A stretch of 63,861 nucleotides of DNA, filler included, from Chiloscyllium plagiosum (GCF_004010195.1; 4 parts of one record of this genome joined end to end with filler, not necessarily neighbours in it); one strand, 5' to 3'. Numbered from the whole stretch's first letter, positions 36,735 through 50,249 are shown. Translations and numbers: made by a program. Notes: generated from the sequence alone by a model not told the origin.

Positions 36735-38246
36735 CTCTGTATCCATGGTGAATTTTTAAAAAACAGTCTGAGAGAGATAGTTCATGAAGGCTAATGAGGT
36801 TTTGTTTCCAGTGGGAGAGGTTTACAAGCAAACAGTAAAAAAAAGATCTGCATTTGGCTTCAGTTAGAAGATTTCGGATTTGATTTGATTTTGGTTTAGG
36901 GTAAACAACTACAGCTTAAAGAAAACATTTTTGTATTTGGCGCTCTTGCAGAAATTCTTGGCTCAAGTTGAATGCGAAAAACATTTGCTTTGAAAGAAAG
37001 GAGATGGTTTAGAACAAATAAGAAACAGGTTACAACAATGTAAGCAGTTTCATTCAAAAGTGCCAGACTAGAAGTGTTTAATTCAAACCCTGAAAGGGTT
37101 ATTTGAAGCTGAGAAAGCCGAGGCTCAGTTGTACCAAGCTCAAGAAAAAGATAAATCGAATCTCAAGAGCAGAGAACTGAACTCACAGCTAAATCAAATC
37201 CGATTTGTGATAGAAAAAGGAATTCTCTCTCTCGTATTTGAGGACTATAGAGGAATGCTTTTGCGATTAATGGCATTACATTTCACTATCTGTTTCAAAA
37301 TCTTTAACTTGTTTTATATATAAATAAGAGAAAATGAGGACTGTAGATGCTGGAGATCAGAGTCGAGAGTATGGTGCTGGAAAAGCACAGCACGTCAGCA
37401 GCATCCGAAGAGCAGGTGAATTGACGTTTCAGACATAAACCCTTCATCAGGAATGAGGGTTGTGGGCCAAGGGTCTGAGAGATGAATGGGAGGGGAGGTG
37501 GGAATGTGATAGGTAAATGAAGATGCGAGTGGAAGTGATAGGTAGAGGAGAGGATGGAGCGGATGGGTGGGAAGGAAGGAAGATGGACATGCAGGACTGG
37601 TCAAGAGGGTTGTGCTGATTTGGAGGTTTGGGACTCAGATAATGTGGGGTGGGGAGGGAAATGAGGAAACTGGTGAAATCCACATTGATCCCGTGTGGTT
37701 GCAGGGCCCCAAGGTGGAAGATGGGGCATTCTTCCTCCAGGCGTCGGGTGGTAAGGGTTTGGTGATCAAGGTAGCCCAGGACCTGCATACCCGTGGTGGA
37801 GTGGGAGGGGGAGTTAAAATGTTCAGCCATGGGAACGGTGGGGTTGGTTGGTGCAGGTGTCCCTGAGATGTTCTCTAAAGCGGTCTGCAAGTTGGCGCCC
37901 TGTTTCCCCGATGTAGAGGAGACCACATCTGGTACAATGAATACAGTAGATAATGTGCGTGGAAGCACAGGTTTCTGCCACCCACCAACTCCTGATGCTG
38001 CTTGACCTGCTGTGCTTTTCCAGCACCACACTCTCAACTTATATATCAATACTTTCGTTTATTTTAATTTGTTTTCTTTTGAATAATGAACATTTTCTTG
38101 TATTAAATCTGCAGCATTACATGCTAGAGTTTTAGTGCAAAACTGTTATTTAAAAGAAAAAAATAAACACAACATATGGTCAATCAAGCCAGATTTCAGT
38201 CTGGGATCTGACTTGTCCAGTAATACCATTAACTGGGATCATAACA
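36735..38246 (+). repeat. Probable solo LTR interrupted by a Penelope element; 5' boundary uncertain
   Basis: AATAAA near 38161 and end ...CTGGGATCATAACA. Confidence 0.4.
37327..38038 (-). mobile_element. 5'-truncated Penelope-like element with GIY-YIG remnant and inverted pLTR
   Basis: IIYCIHCTRCGLLYIGETGRQLADRFREH; AEHFNSPSHS...LQPHGINVDF; 37989-38038 inverts 37365-37415; degenerate hammerhead at ~37421-37455. Confidence 0.9.
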
Positions 38247-38665
38247 AAGGATGAAAAAGCAATGAAAAAGTTTTAATATGTATCCAGTGGGATTATATGA
38301 AGAAAGTGCGGTTATTCTTATGAAGAAAAGCCTTTAATCACCGGAGTTCCAAAAACTGGTGTTCAAGATCATGGTAAACATTTCTATTTCTTGAGAGTAT
38401 ATCATTTTGTTAAACATCAACATTAAGTAACAAATATAGTGAGTATGAATGATATAGGTGAAAGGTTGGTCCATATGAGGAGGAAGTAATAGATGAAGGG
38501 AATGGCATCAGGCCATATACCTTCCACACTTTCATTAGCAAGTGTAACTGTATAAATTTAGCAACAATTACAACAAAATGTCAAACACACTATTCATTAT
38601 AAATTTAGAAAAAAAAAATACAATTTTTATTAAACATTCCAGGTCACTAGTAAGTTATTATTAAT

Positions 38666-38749
38666 TCATGATGGTGATAGGTAGATTACATTCATATTTC
38701 CTAATTCTGTATATTCCAGAACACAGTTGTGCCATTTGGGATTTGCTAC
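38666..38749 (-). CDS. Candidate terminal coding exon of an unnamed - strand gene (VANPKWHNCVLEYTELGNMNVIYLSPS*)
   Basis: Long polypyrimidine tract plus TAG acceptor; stop followed by AATAAA (38626-38631) and a T-rich tract. Confidence 0.5.
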   Translation of the reverse strand, partial: VANPKWHNCVLEYTELGNMNVIYLSPS

Positions 38750-40881
38750 CTACAAAGTGAAAAAGGAAAAAACAAAAACTAACAGGTGAGCTAACCTGAA
38801 CCTCTACAATAACAGGCCAGTAGATCAAATCTCTACACTCTGTGCATAATTTACCCCATTATGGAATCTACTGTACCCCATTTATTCAATCTCCATTATA
38901 ATCCATCAATATTATGAGCCTGAAAGCAGATAACTAGCTACTGCTTGAATGAGTAGCCACCTGGAAAGACGTAACTGCGGCAGAAAATATTTTTTTCATT
39001 ATTACAGTGAAAGTTAGCAAATGAATTTTTGCGTACACTTGACAAATAGTAGCAGTAGCAGGATGTTCATGCTGAGCACACTGCTAAGCACAGCGATTTT
39101 TCATAGCTGAAAACCACAGTCAACAGCAGGAGCCATCAATGTTTTAAATGCATACCACTGCTCATTTTGTAAGTTTAACATTGTGAGTTTGAATTGAGAC
39201 ATAAAACTTAGGATCATAAGTGATACTACTTTGTTCAACATCTCATATTTCCCTCCCTGTTCTGCTCATTCACACCTCGGCTATAATGTTAATTTCCATT
39301 GGTTCAGTGGTAGTGATCAACTGTGCTGTTGACCTGTTCTTTTTTAACCCGAAAATGTATTTTCTACTTTATCATGGGATAATTAGATATAATTGTTATG
39401 GGGCAGGATCGACACACTCCTTGAAAAGTGCTCAAGGAAACAATACAGCAAGGTAAAAAGAAGAACAGAAATATAAAGATGTGTATGAAACTTATCTGGA
39501 CACTTCAAGAATGTTGCTGTGAAAAGTACAAAAGAAATAACTATAGAGTTTTTTTTGCTTTATGGAATTACACAACACTGATTCTTCTGGTCATCCCAGA
39601 ATTGTGGAGTGGATTATGCATGCCATTTGGATACATTAATATCTGTAATAACCTGTGTGAAAATTGAACAACTGTCCACATGTGGTTGGTGCATTTCAGT
39701 ATGAATGTCTGCATGGTCCAAGACAGTGTAGAGCAAGCACCTTAGCCAGCCTGCTGCTAACTTTATCAGAGTTTTATTCACACCAGGCATGGGCATTTTG
39801 GAATGCTGCAATTCAGAAAGTATTTGCATGCTCTGTAGTTTTATATTTTCCAAAAAAACACTTTGCAAAGGAACGATTAAACCTCAATTAGATTACCTTT
39901 GACCTCTGCTCGCAAGGAACATAAGTTCATATGCACAGAAACTAGATTGCATTGCATCTGTTCTGGTGAGGGATCTTGAAATAGCATTCCCATACACAAT
40001 TTCTATTTCCAAACACCCTGTAGGCTTAAGGATTGAGCAAATGAAACTTGTATACAAAACTTTAGTTCCTTCACGAAAGCTCTGTTTGTGATGTCGTTGC
40101 TTAATATTAGCTGTTTCTTTTTCAAGCTGATCTTGGAGTGATTTGTTCTGTATGCCACATTAATCCATTCCACATTTTCTGGAACCAGACAGTTGGAATT
40201 CCACTTGTGAGGCTTTTTTTAATAAAATAATCTCAGAAGCAAAGCAGCAGGGACCCACGCTTGACAAGTTCCCCCAAGGCAGCCAGCAGAGTGGGCTATC
40301 GTGACAAGCCAAAGCCTTTAAACTTGGTGTCTGTGCCCAATATTCCTGGTGGGCTGGGCCTCACAGCTGGTGGGAGGCCCAGTTATCCTTTATAATTTGG
40401 TTGTAATTAAGTCATGCAGTGAATTGGTGTTTATAAATACTAAACAGAACATATTGAAGATCAGGTGCATACATCTTGGAAACAATATGCTTGCCCAAGA
40501 GCTTTCCAAAAGCATTTTGTGGATTTAGAAGGGATGGATTAATGGGAAATTCAAACAATGGTTATTTTTCTGGTTCAGTGAAATATCAATATGAGTATCA
40601 CACAGCTGGTGACATCATTACCCTTATTTCGTAGCTTTTCATTTCATTTTTTGGAAATTTTGTTCCACTTTAAGAAGGGATAAAAAGGAGTAACAAAAAG
40701 GAATTTCTGTTGGATCTTTAGTAACAATAAATGCAGCATTTCAGCAAAAAAAGAGAAGTAATTGAAGCAGGTTGCCTATGGCTTTTGCACATTTGACACT
40801 AGCTCCTACCACCCCTTAGTGTACGTTGTTAAAATGATTCATGGCACTGATTTGCTGCACATATTTTCTTGGCTTCCTTAC

Positions 40882-41020
40882 TGGAAGGAGTACAAAGGTA
40901 GTTGACCAGATTGCAATGGTGCAGGCAGTGATGCCATTTATGAGAGAGGTATGGCTAACCACCACATGTGTTTGAATCAGTTCATTCAGCATGTCTGAGA
41001 CTTCCCCTTGTGCCCACAAA
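40882..41020 (-). CDS. Candidate internal exon of the - strand gene (LWAQGEVSDMLNELIQTHVVV...STTFVLLP)
   Basis: Pyrimidine tract plus CAG acceptor, GTAAGG donor, only one open frame, phase 0 into 38749. Confidence 0.5.
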
Positions 41021-41974
41021 CTGCAATTAGAAAGCAAGTGGAAAGAAAAGGAACAAATAAGTCGAAAGAATTACAAAGTGCAGGTGATTTTTATAGACAT
41101 TCCAACACCTCCAAGAAACGTGAACTCTCACCAATGAGTCTGATATTCATTTAAAAGCCCCTGTGCTGGAGAACATATGCACTTGGTCTCACATACATAT
41201 GCCCCCACCCCACCCTGACGCACACCTGCAGGACTCCCCTGAACTTGAAGTACTCAAACAGAAGATGATCTAGTTTCCCTTCATTGCAAATTCCTGAAAA
41301 ATCACTATGTACTCATCTCGTCCTATTATTTTCCTTCACCAGTTTTACTAGCATTTCCAACTCAATGAATATCATAATAATAACTAATTAGACAATCAAC
41401 TAGTTGCCCAAATATATGCTGTGAAATTGATGTCAGAAATGATAGGCAGCAATGTACTTTCATGAATCAATGGGAAAAAAAAGGTATACTGTATATAGTT
41501 CTAAATCAGCCTAGGACTCGGAGGACTTTATTGCTGCACTTTTGATGGTCATTGGAAAAAGTTTCTGCCTCTCAGCAGATGGTATATTTGCTGCAGGGCA
41601 GACCTATTAACAGCACAGAGCTTGTGTTTTTATCTTAGTTATTAAATTTATGAGAAATATAATACATTTGAAGCAGCAGACTCAATAGGAGCATAATTAA
41701 ATCATTGCGCCCCTAATTGTATAAGTGGAAAATGGGGCCTGGTCTAATTAAAAGGGAAGTACATCCTTACAGAGGTTATAAATACAGGTTGTGTCTCAGA
41801 TTACATTGTTAGATTCTCTTCTATTTGGTAATTAAACTTTCAACTCAATTTTAACTTGGCAGAATTTGGATACAGGCGGATCATAAAACTGAGAAAATCG
41901 TCAGTGCATCAGGCACACAGCTTCAACCTGCCAACTTCACCAATTAATCGGAGTGTGTGAGGCTGAGTGCCCAC

Positions 41975-42285
41975 GGGCGGCACGGTGGCACAGTGGTTAG
42001 CACTGTTGCCTCACAGCGCCAGAGACCCGGGTTCAATTCCCGCCTCAGGCGACTGACTGTGTGGAGTTTGCACGTTCTCCCCGTGTCTGCGTGGGTTTCC
42101 TCCGGGTACTCCGGTTTCCTCCCACAGTCCAAAGATGTGCAGGGTCAGGTGAATTGGCCATACTAAATTGCCTGTGGTGTTAGGTAAGGGGTAAATGTAG
42201 GGGTATGGGTGGGTTCGCTTCGGCGGGTCGGTGTGGACTTGTTGGGCCGAAGGGCCTGTTTCCACACTGTAATGTAATGTAATCT
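41975..42285 (+). mobile_element. Full-length HE1-type V-SINE
   Basis: tRNA-like head with A box TGGCACAGTGG and B box GGTTCAATTCC, V-domain, CR1-like tail, (GTAAT)n end. Confidence 0.93.
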
Positions 42286-42744
42286 GTAAAACTCTCTCGG
42301 AGAGGTGAGTCACCAATTAATGTAGGTTCACTGATCAGTTAGAGTGATATTAACACTCGCTCTGTCTCTGCTTCAATTCCAAAAATTTCCTCGGCTTCCT
42401 GAAACTCATTAGCAAATGCAAGGCGAGTACGCAACATCAGTCCCACCATAACATGCTCAGTACTTACGGCTACTATCATCCCTGCTCGTAGAAAGAGTTT
42501 GTTCATTGCTCTTTGCTGAGTGTTACTGCCTGCCCTTCAAGGGGCTGCTCAACTACATCAAGATGGGTACCACATATGATGCCCTAGACTGAACCTCACC
42601 AAGATGAGCAATGACAACACCCTTTCAGGAGGCACAAAGTAGGAAACCAGAGACCAGTTCGTTTAATATCTGCCATTTGGGAATTGATAGAATCAATTAT
42701 TAAAGAAGTTATTAATGAGACAGTTTGAAACCATGTTTTGAATT

Positions 42745-43655
42745 TGCTAAAGTTCTGTGAAAATGTAAGAAGCAATGTACATAATTGGGATCCTGTAGAT
42801 GCAATATATCTGGACTCTTGGAAAGTATTTGATAAGGTGCATACAAGAGGTAAATACACAATCTAAGATCACATTGGAGTAAGTGATAAGTTATTACCTT
42901 GGATAGATTCCCTACAGTGTGGAAAAGGGCCATTCAGCCCGTCAAGTCCACACTGACCCTCTGAAGAGCATCCCACCCAGATTAACTCCTCTTACCCTAT
43001 CCCTGTAACCCTGCATTTCCCATGGCTAATCCTCCTAACCTACACACCTACGGGCAACTTACTCCAATCCATCTACCTGCACATCTTTGGACTGTGGAAG
43101 AAAACTGGAGCAACCAGAGGAAGCCCATACAGACATAGGGAGCAGGTGTAACTTCCACACAGATAGTCACCCAAGGGTGGAATCAAACCTCTGTCCCTGG
43201 TACTGTGAGGCAGCAACGCTAACCACCAAGAAACTGTGTTGCTGAGAAAGCAGACAGTCAGGATTAGTTGGTCTCTTTTTCATTGGCAAGATGTAACTAG
43301 TGGGTTGACACTGAGTTCAAGCCTTGTGCTCCAACTGTTTACAATCTATATTATTGACTTGAATGCAGGGATGGGATGTATGATAGCCAAGTTTACAGAC
43401 GATATTAAAATAGGGGAAAATATTGGTTGCAATGAAGAAAGAAGAAATTTACAAGTGGATATGAAGATGTAAGGTGAATGCGCCAAATTTTGACGTCTGG
43501 AGTTTACATGAAAAAGTGTGAAGTTATACAATTTGGTGGGAAGAATAAAAGGCAACTAATATGAGAGAAAATTCAAAAAATCTTTGCGCAGACAGATCTA
43601 GGTGTTTTTGTACATGAGTCACAGAAAGCTATTTTGCAGGTACAGCAGGTAATGC
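42745..43655 (+). mobile_element. Old CR1 RT fragment with a nested SINE
   Basis: PVDAIYLDSWKVFDKV; LFTIYIIDL...IAKFTDDIKIG. Confidence 0.8.
42905..43227 (-). mobile_element. Older HE1-type SINE
   Basis: Diverged reverse complement of 41975-42285. Confidence 0.85.
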
Positions 43656-43659
43656 TGAA

Positions 43660-45065
43660 GCATTCACAGTAATCTTCAACCAGAAATGCCAAGTGAATTA
43701 CCCACCTTGGCTTCCTCCAGTGGTCTCCAAGATCACAGATGCCTGTTTTCAGCCAATTTCATTCACTCCACATGATATCAAAAAACAGTTGGTGGCACTG
43801 GATGCTGCAAAGTCTATTGACATTGACAACATTTCAGCAATAATACTGATGAGTTGTGCTCCAGAACAGCCAAGGTGTTCCATTACAGTTAAAACACTGG
43901 GATCTACCTAACAATGTGGAAAATTATTGAGGTTTGTCCTATATATATATATATATATATATAAAGCAAGACAAATCCAACCAGACAAATTACCACCCCA
44001 TCAGTCTATTCTTGATCATCAGTAAAGTGATGGAAGGTGTCATCACCAGTGCTATCAAACAGCATCTGCTCAGCAATAACCTGCTCAGTGATGCTCAGTT
44101 TGGGTTCCACTAAGGCCACTCAGCTCCTGACCTCATTACAGCCTTGATTCAGATATGAATTGAATTCCAGAGGTGAAGTGAGAGTGACAGCCTTTGACAT
44201 CAAAGATGCGTTTGACTGAGTGTGGCATCAAGGAGCCCTAGCAAAATTAGAATCAATGGAAATCAGAGGAAAACTCTCCACTAGTTGGAGTCATACCTGG
44301 CATGTAGCAAGATTGTTATTGGAGGTCAGCGATCTCTGCTCTAGGATATTTCTGCAAAAGTTCCTTATGATAGTGTCTTGGGGTCCAACATCTTCAGCTG
44401 CTTATAAACGACCTTCCCTGCATCATAAGGTCAGAAATGGGGATGTTTGTGAATGATTGCACAATATTCAGCACCATTCATAACTCCTTGGAGACTGAAG
44501 CATTGTATGTTCAAATGGAACAAAATCTGGACAAGATCCAGGCTTGGACTGACAAGCGACAAGTAAAATTTCATGCCACACAAATGCCAGGCAATGACCA
44601 TCAGCAATAAGAGATGATCTAACCACCACCCATTCATATTCAATGGTGTTACCATTGCTAAATCCCCCACTATAAACAACCTTGAGGTTACCATTAACCA
44701 GAAACTCAACTGCACTTGTCACATAAACACAGTGGTTACAAGAACAGACCAGAGGCTAAGAGTCACCTCCTGACTCTGCAAAGCCTATCCATCATCTACA
44801 AGGTAGAAATCAAATTGTGATGGAATACTTCCCACTTGCCTGGATAGGTGCAGCTCCAATAATATTCAGGGATGTTTTGCAACATCCAGGACAAAGCAGC
44901 CCTTTTGACTGGTGTCACATCCACAAGCATCCCCTCCCTCCAAAACTCCAAACCAAAAGTGAAAGCAGTATGCACTATCTACGTACTGTACATACTTAGT
45001 ACATGTACTACAAAATGCAGTACAGAAATTCACCAAAGATCCTTAGACACCACCTTCCAAACGCA
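43660..45065 (+). mobile_element. Decayed non-LTR retrotransposon RT (CR1-group, different family)
   Basis: NYHPISL...SKVMEG, AQFGF, FDIKDAFD*VWHQGAL, IYK...VMEYFPLAW. Confidence 0.8.
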
Positions 45066-45179
45066 CAACCAAACCATGCCTCTGGCTTTGGACAGAGCTA
45101 GGCTCAGCTTATGATCTGCTCCTGGCAGGGCCAGTGCTCAACCCACTGATACTCTTTTCTGTGGGCTACCTTATAGACT

Positions 45180-45306
45180 TCCTGAAGAAGGGCTTATGCC
45201 CGAAACGTCGATTCTCCTGCTCCTTGGATGCTGCCTGACCTGCTGTGCTTTTCCAGCAACACATTTTTCAGCTCTGATCTCCAGCACCTGCAGTCCTCAC
45301 TTTCTC
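45180..45306 (+). mobile_element. Solo Penelope pLTR end beginning at a hammerhead motif
   Basis: CTGAAGA-A-GGGC-ttat-GCCC-GAAAC-GTC; flanked by CTACCTTATAGACT at 45166-45179 and 45307-45320. Confidence 0.82.
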
Positions 45307-46589
45307 CTACCTTATAGACTGCCTGGAAGTCTCTTAGCTTCTTCTCCTGTACTTTCATCTTGCTTCCCCAGATGGTTATTCTCCTTCTTCAGGGCCTGTT
45401 CACTTCCTTTGGATTCAGTGACCTGATCTGATGAAGTGTTTTTGCCCGAAATGTTGATTCTCCTGCTCTTCAGATGTTGCCTGGCCTGCTGTGCTTTTCC
45501 AGCACCATACTCTTGACTCTTGACACTTCAGGTATTCTAGCTGGTTCCTGTACCTTTCCTCTGCTTGCTACCTCTCTTGCCTCTCTCACTGCAGGTGCAC
45601 ATACAGCATTTCTTTTGCTGTGGCCCTCATGCTAGAGCTTCCATCGGACTCCCTTACTTCCTATCCAGTACCTGGACCTGTTGCTGAAGGCAGATTGCCT
45701 TGTCTATGGAACACTTACACTCCTTGCCGTCAGTCCACAGGGCTGCTGCCTCCCCAGAGACTCAAGAGATCGAGGACCCTTTTCTTGGATATATTCACCT
45801 ATTTAAATGCTTAGGAGAAGATCCTTTCCTCCATCAGAGTCTTTGCCTCCACAGCACACTCTGCCACATCACATGTTCTTCTGCCAGTGTTCTGTTGTAG
45901 TTGCCATTTTGTAGGGTTCTGGGTTTGCAATCCATTATTTTCCTGATCTTCAAGTGGTTCTATTCCCTCTTAGGCCTCTGTTTCTGGATACAATTTTTTG
46001 GGGGGATGTGAATGAGTAGACAGGTGTTTAAGGGCAAAAGAATCTCTGTTTATTTAAGGAACTAAAGGTAATTATAATATAAGAAATAAGTAATGTAAAA
46101 AGTCAACGAAATTAACACAATTTCACAATTAACGCAGGAGAACAATAGTACTTTAAAATTCTCTATAATTAGAGCTATCTTACTAACCGACAGAAAACAA
46201 TAGTGTTTAAGCTTAGACCCTTAATCTGAATTCCTACCTGTAGGGTCCCACACGCCTTCCCCTCTCTGCTTGTGGGGGGTGAAGCCTGTGGGAAAGCTGT
46301 TCATACAGAAGCTTGTTGTTGGAAAAGCCCACCCTCGGGTGAGATGAGGGCTGGTAATTATAGGTACCCCCTATCTCCATGCCAAATCTGTAGTTTTGAT
46401 TGAGCTCTTGGAAGGCCACCTGAAATTAATTGGCCTCCAGAAGGTTAGAGTATGTATGGATGGGTTTTGATCAAGGTTGAATGTCCAGTATCTCTGTCAG
46501 CCCCATGCTGTCTGTGCTGGGTAGCCCGAGGTGTAAAAGCTGTCTTGGGTTGGGGTCTGTTGGTTTCAGTCAATTGTCCTTGAGAGATG

Positions 46590-46796
46590 TTGTGGGGGTG
46601 CCGGTGTTGGACTGGGGTGGACAAAGTCAAAAATCACATGACACTGGGGTAAATTCCAACAGGTTTATTAGAAGCCGCAAGCTTTCAGAGCCCTCACTCC
46701 TTCCGCTGTCTGAGGATGGGACATCGGCTCCGAAAGTCCTCAGTTTCGAATAAACCTGTTGGACTATAACCTGGTGTCGTGTGATTTTTGACTTTG
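46590..46796. mobile_element. Penelope family B fold-back element
   Basis: CAAAGTCAAAAATCACATGACAC...GTGTCGTGTGATTTTTGACTTTG inverted arms around a decayed hammerhead. Confidence 0.7.
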
Positions 46797-47526
46797 CCCC
46801 TTAGAGAGGAGTGTAAATTGGGATTCCAGACTGAACAATAGTCCCAGTCAGCAACCACTATGTGCATTTGCCGCAGACTCAGTCCAGCTGTCTTTCTTCT
46901 TTTAAAAGTTTTGAAAATCCAGGGGTCTGCTCAAAATCCAGGATTTTGGCCACATGTTTTAATAGTGGGGATTTTTTGCTGGATCTGACACCTTCTAATA
47001 ACGTAAACTGCTCAGAAATGGAAAAACTGCTGCAAGCCCACCATACACTTAGAATGAGAAGCAGCTCCCCCCACCCCAGGGAAGGTAACAGCTAGGTGGA
47101 AGTCCCATTCTGTCATTTATGTAGAGCTCAGAGGAAGTTCCAGTCTCTGTACTTTGAAGTTTGAAGGAGTATCAAAACGGAAACGGGCAATCCTCAACTT
47201 GGTTTATGATATATCACTCAGTGAAATATAAATAAGAGACAAGTCTTCCTGCAACAATCCATCATTCATTGGCTCTGCATGAAAGTATTTAATTAATTGA
47301 TCAAGGAACTCTGTGGAACTGAGATTGGACATATTTACATTATGCTGCTCAACATCTGGCAAATGAATGACAAAAGAATTTGCTTCCTACCTTGTTTTCC
47401 CCAAATTAAAATAAGTTTGGCAGTCACATTTTCTGTATTTGCACAAGTCACTTTTAAAATCTTCGGCAACAAAGTGTTCCTCAAGCAACAAATCATGGAA
47501 AACAGTTTAGAAAAACTAATGCTTAC

Positions 47527-47576
47527 AGGGCTACAGGATTACAATAAAGAAGCCTGGCGTTGTTTTCTGTAGAGTT
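47527..47576 (-). CDS. Candidate small exon of the - strand gene (NSTENNARLLYCNPVA)
   Basis: GTAAGC donor; ends in phase 2, matching the phase-2 start of exon 41020; acceptor moderate. Confidence 0.3.
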
Positions 47577-48269
47577 CTAGCACAAATACATGCATAATAT
47601 GAACTCATATGCTCTTTTCCATTTGCAAAATAGAACATATTTATTTCTATAGAATAATATTAAAGAAATAATTTTCTACAACATTGTGACTACTAGCTGT
47701 GGAGTTGAAGCATAGAATTGTTTAGAGTTGGAATGTTAAATATATTTTTGCTTTGTGTAGGTAGAGAGATAGCATGAAATTTGGATTAGCAGGCAGCAGC
47801 ACGATACATACAGATTGGCTCACATATAAGACAGTCAAACTATGGAGTGGACAGCTGCTCTGATATTTGCTTCAGTGTGGGACACATAATATGTCATCTA
47901 GGTGCTGTGCATCTCCTAGAAGTGCCAAAAGCAAACAAATGCATCTGATCATAACATAAAAGCTCATACAGATCATTTGATATTAGTCCATGGTTTGTAT
48001 GCATTGCTGAGTGGGCCAGGATTTATTGCCCATGCCTAATTGCGCTTTGATGTGAGCACTTGCAAGGTCTTTCAGAGGGCATTTAACAGTCAACCACATT
48101 GCTGTAGATGCAAAGTCAAATAGGCCAGATCAAGTAAGAATATCAGATTACCGTCCCAAAATGACATTTGGGAACCAGATGGGTTTTTACAACAATCAAT
48201 AATGGTTACATGGTTGCCATTAGATTCATTTTTAATTCCAGAAATAGAAACAGAGATACTGAGCAAGGG

Positions 48270-48800
48270 AAGTGTGGATACTGAGCTTCCAGTCGCCTGC
48301 CACTTCAACACCCCACCCTGTTCCCTAGCCAACATCTCTGTCTCAGGCTTGCTGCAGTGCTCCAGCGAAGCTGAGCATAAGCTGGAAGAACAACACCTCA
48401 TCTTCTGCTCGGGGACACTGCAGCCTTCTGGATTCAATGTCAAAGTTCAATAAACTTTGCGGCTTGAATTCTTCTATGTCCTAGCTCTCAACTCCACACC
48501 CCAGGTCTTGTGATCACATAGTCTGCTATTACACACAGAGTTAGCCACTAACAGTCTCCATTAATAATTATTCACTCGCCTCGCCAGATCATTATCCAAT
48601 CTTTTGTCCAAGTGTTCTCTCTCTTCGGGCTCTATCCTCAACTCCTTACCCCATCCCCGACCCTAAATACCAGCAGTTCTGAGGAAGGGTCACTGGACCC
48701 GAAATAATTCCTGTTCACAGATGCTGCCAAACATGCTAAGCTTTTCCAGTAACTGCTGTTTTTGTTTCTGATTTACAGCATCTGCAGTTCTTTCAGTTTC
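48270..48800 (+). mobile_element. Penelope-like 3' fragment (GIY-YIG C-terminus plus pLTR)
   Basis: LPVACHFN...KLEEQHLIFCSGTLQPSGFNV; CTGAGGA-A-GGGTC-actg-GACCC-GAAA at ~48679-48704. Confidence 0.8.
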
Positions 48801-48862
48801 TATTTTGTTAAATTAGTGTGTAGTGAGTTTGCCCCTGCAGGCAGCTGTCACATGCTTTCAGT

Positions 48863-49179
48863 AGATTAGATTAGATTACTTACAGTGTGGAAACAGGCCC
48901 TTCAGCCCAACAAGTCCACACCGACCCGCCGAAGCGCATCCCACCCATTCCCCTACATTTACCCCTTTTACCTAACACCACAGACAATTTAGCATGGCCA
49001 ATTCACCTAACCTGCACATTTTTGGACTGTGGGAGGAAACTGGAGCACCCGGAGGAAACCCACGTAGACACGGGGAGAATGTGCAAACTCCACACAGTCA
49101 GTCGCCTGAGTCGGGAATTGAACCCGGGTCTCTGGCACTGTGAGGCAGCAGTGCTAACCATTGTGCCACCGTGCCGCCC
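48863..49179 (-). mobile_element. Full-length HE1-type V-SINE
   Basis: Reverse complement of the 41975-42285 family; (AGATT)n tail. Confidence 0.93.
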
Positions 49180-50249
49180 ACCGTGCTATAGGTGTTACAT
49201 TGCCATCTCGGTGTTGTATCCACCCACAATCCAGGACTGTGTAATATTAAAGAGCATGACAAGCAGCCTGTCTGATGTCTACAGCAAACAGGCCCATAAA
49301 ACAGCAGTAGTGAAAACCTTTGGTTCTGACTGGAGCACAACATCACAAGGCAAAGCAAAGCAAGCTTGGCATGGATGGTGCGAGCATGCAGGTAAGCACA
49401 AAATGACAGAAAGTGAGCAACGCTGATATTCAGCCTGATCCAATCCAAGAGTTAGGGTCTCTGTCCGTTGCTAATGTGCTCAGTACTACAAGTTTCTACC
49501 TCTTGAGTGCCCTGCTATTGTTTTGGAGAGGTGATATATTGGTTGGCAGATGACAGATGTCAATGTCCATAGACGAAGGGCGTGTATGGCTGGTACCCAT
49601 GGATCATGTCCCAAGATGTTATCCAGTGTCCAGCATGAAGGTTCCTCAGAGCGGGCAGTGAGCTGAATCTGCCAGGTACCTGCTCCAGTTTCCTCGCTGA
49701 GTTTTCCTAATGTCCAGCTTGTTTGGCAAGTTAGGTAAAATGGGAATCTGAATGTCAATGAGGTGCTTATGGCATAAATAAGATATTTTATGAGCATTAA
49801 TCCCCATCTGTTGGCATTCTAGTAAGAATCTCACTTCACCACTTGTGAAAAGCATAAAACTTGAAGCGAGATCATCTCAGCATCACAATGGCTCTCAAAA
49901 CACTTGTCACCCAATTCTGCCCCATCTTATCATTGCCCACATTTACAAAGAGCCCTATAAGACTCTGTCCTGTGTCATTGTGTCAAGGGCAATTGTATAG
50001 TGTTGTAAAGAGTGATGGCCAATCCTGCAAGGAAATAGACGATGCATCCAAACAGTACATCACAATGCACATGGGCATACACGATAATAACCACTGAACT
50101 AACTTGCATTTCTCCACATTGACTATTAATTCTAATGAATTGTTGTTTCTAGAATTTCAGCACCAGCCAAGTTAAATTGACTGGTCTACAATTGCTGGGC
50201 TAATTGTCATACCCATTTTGAACAAGGGTGTAATGTTTACAATTCTAGG

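Noticed and set aside
39380..39516. Minus-strand acceptor at 39516 as a coding exon
   Set aside because: In the phase set by exon 40882 it gives QHS-stop; the longer hydrophobic frame needs a different phase. At most an alternative terminal exon
41975..42050. tRNA gene
   Set aside because: A/B boxes belong to a SINE head that continues into the V-domain and LINE-like tail
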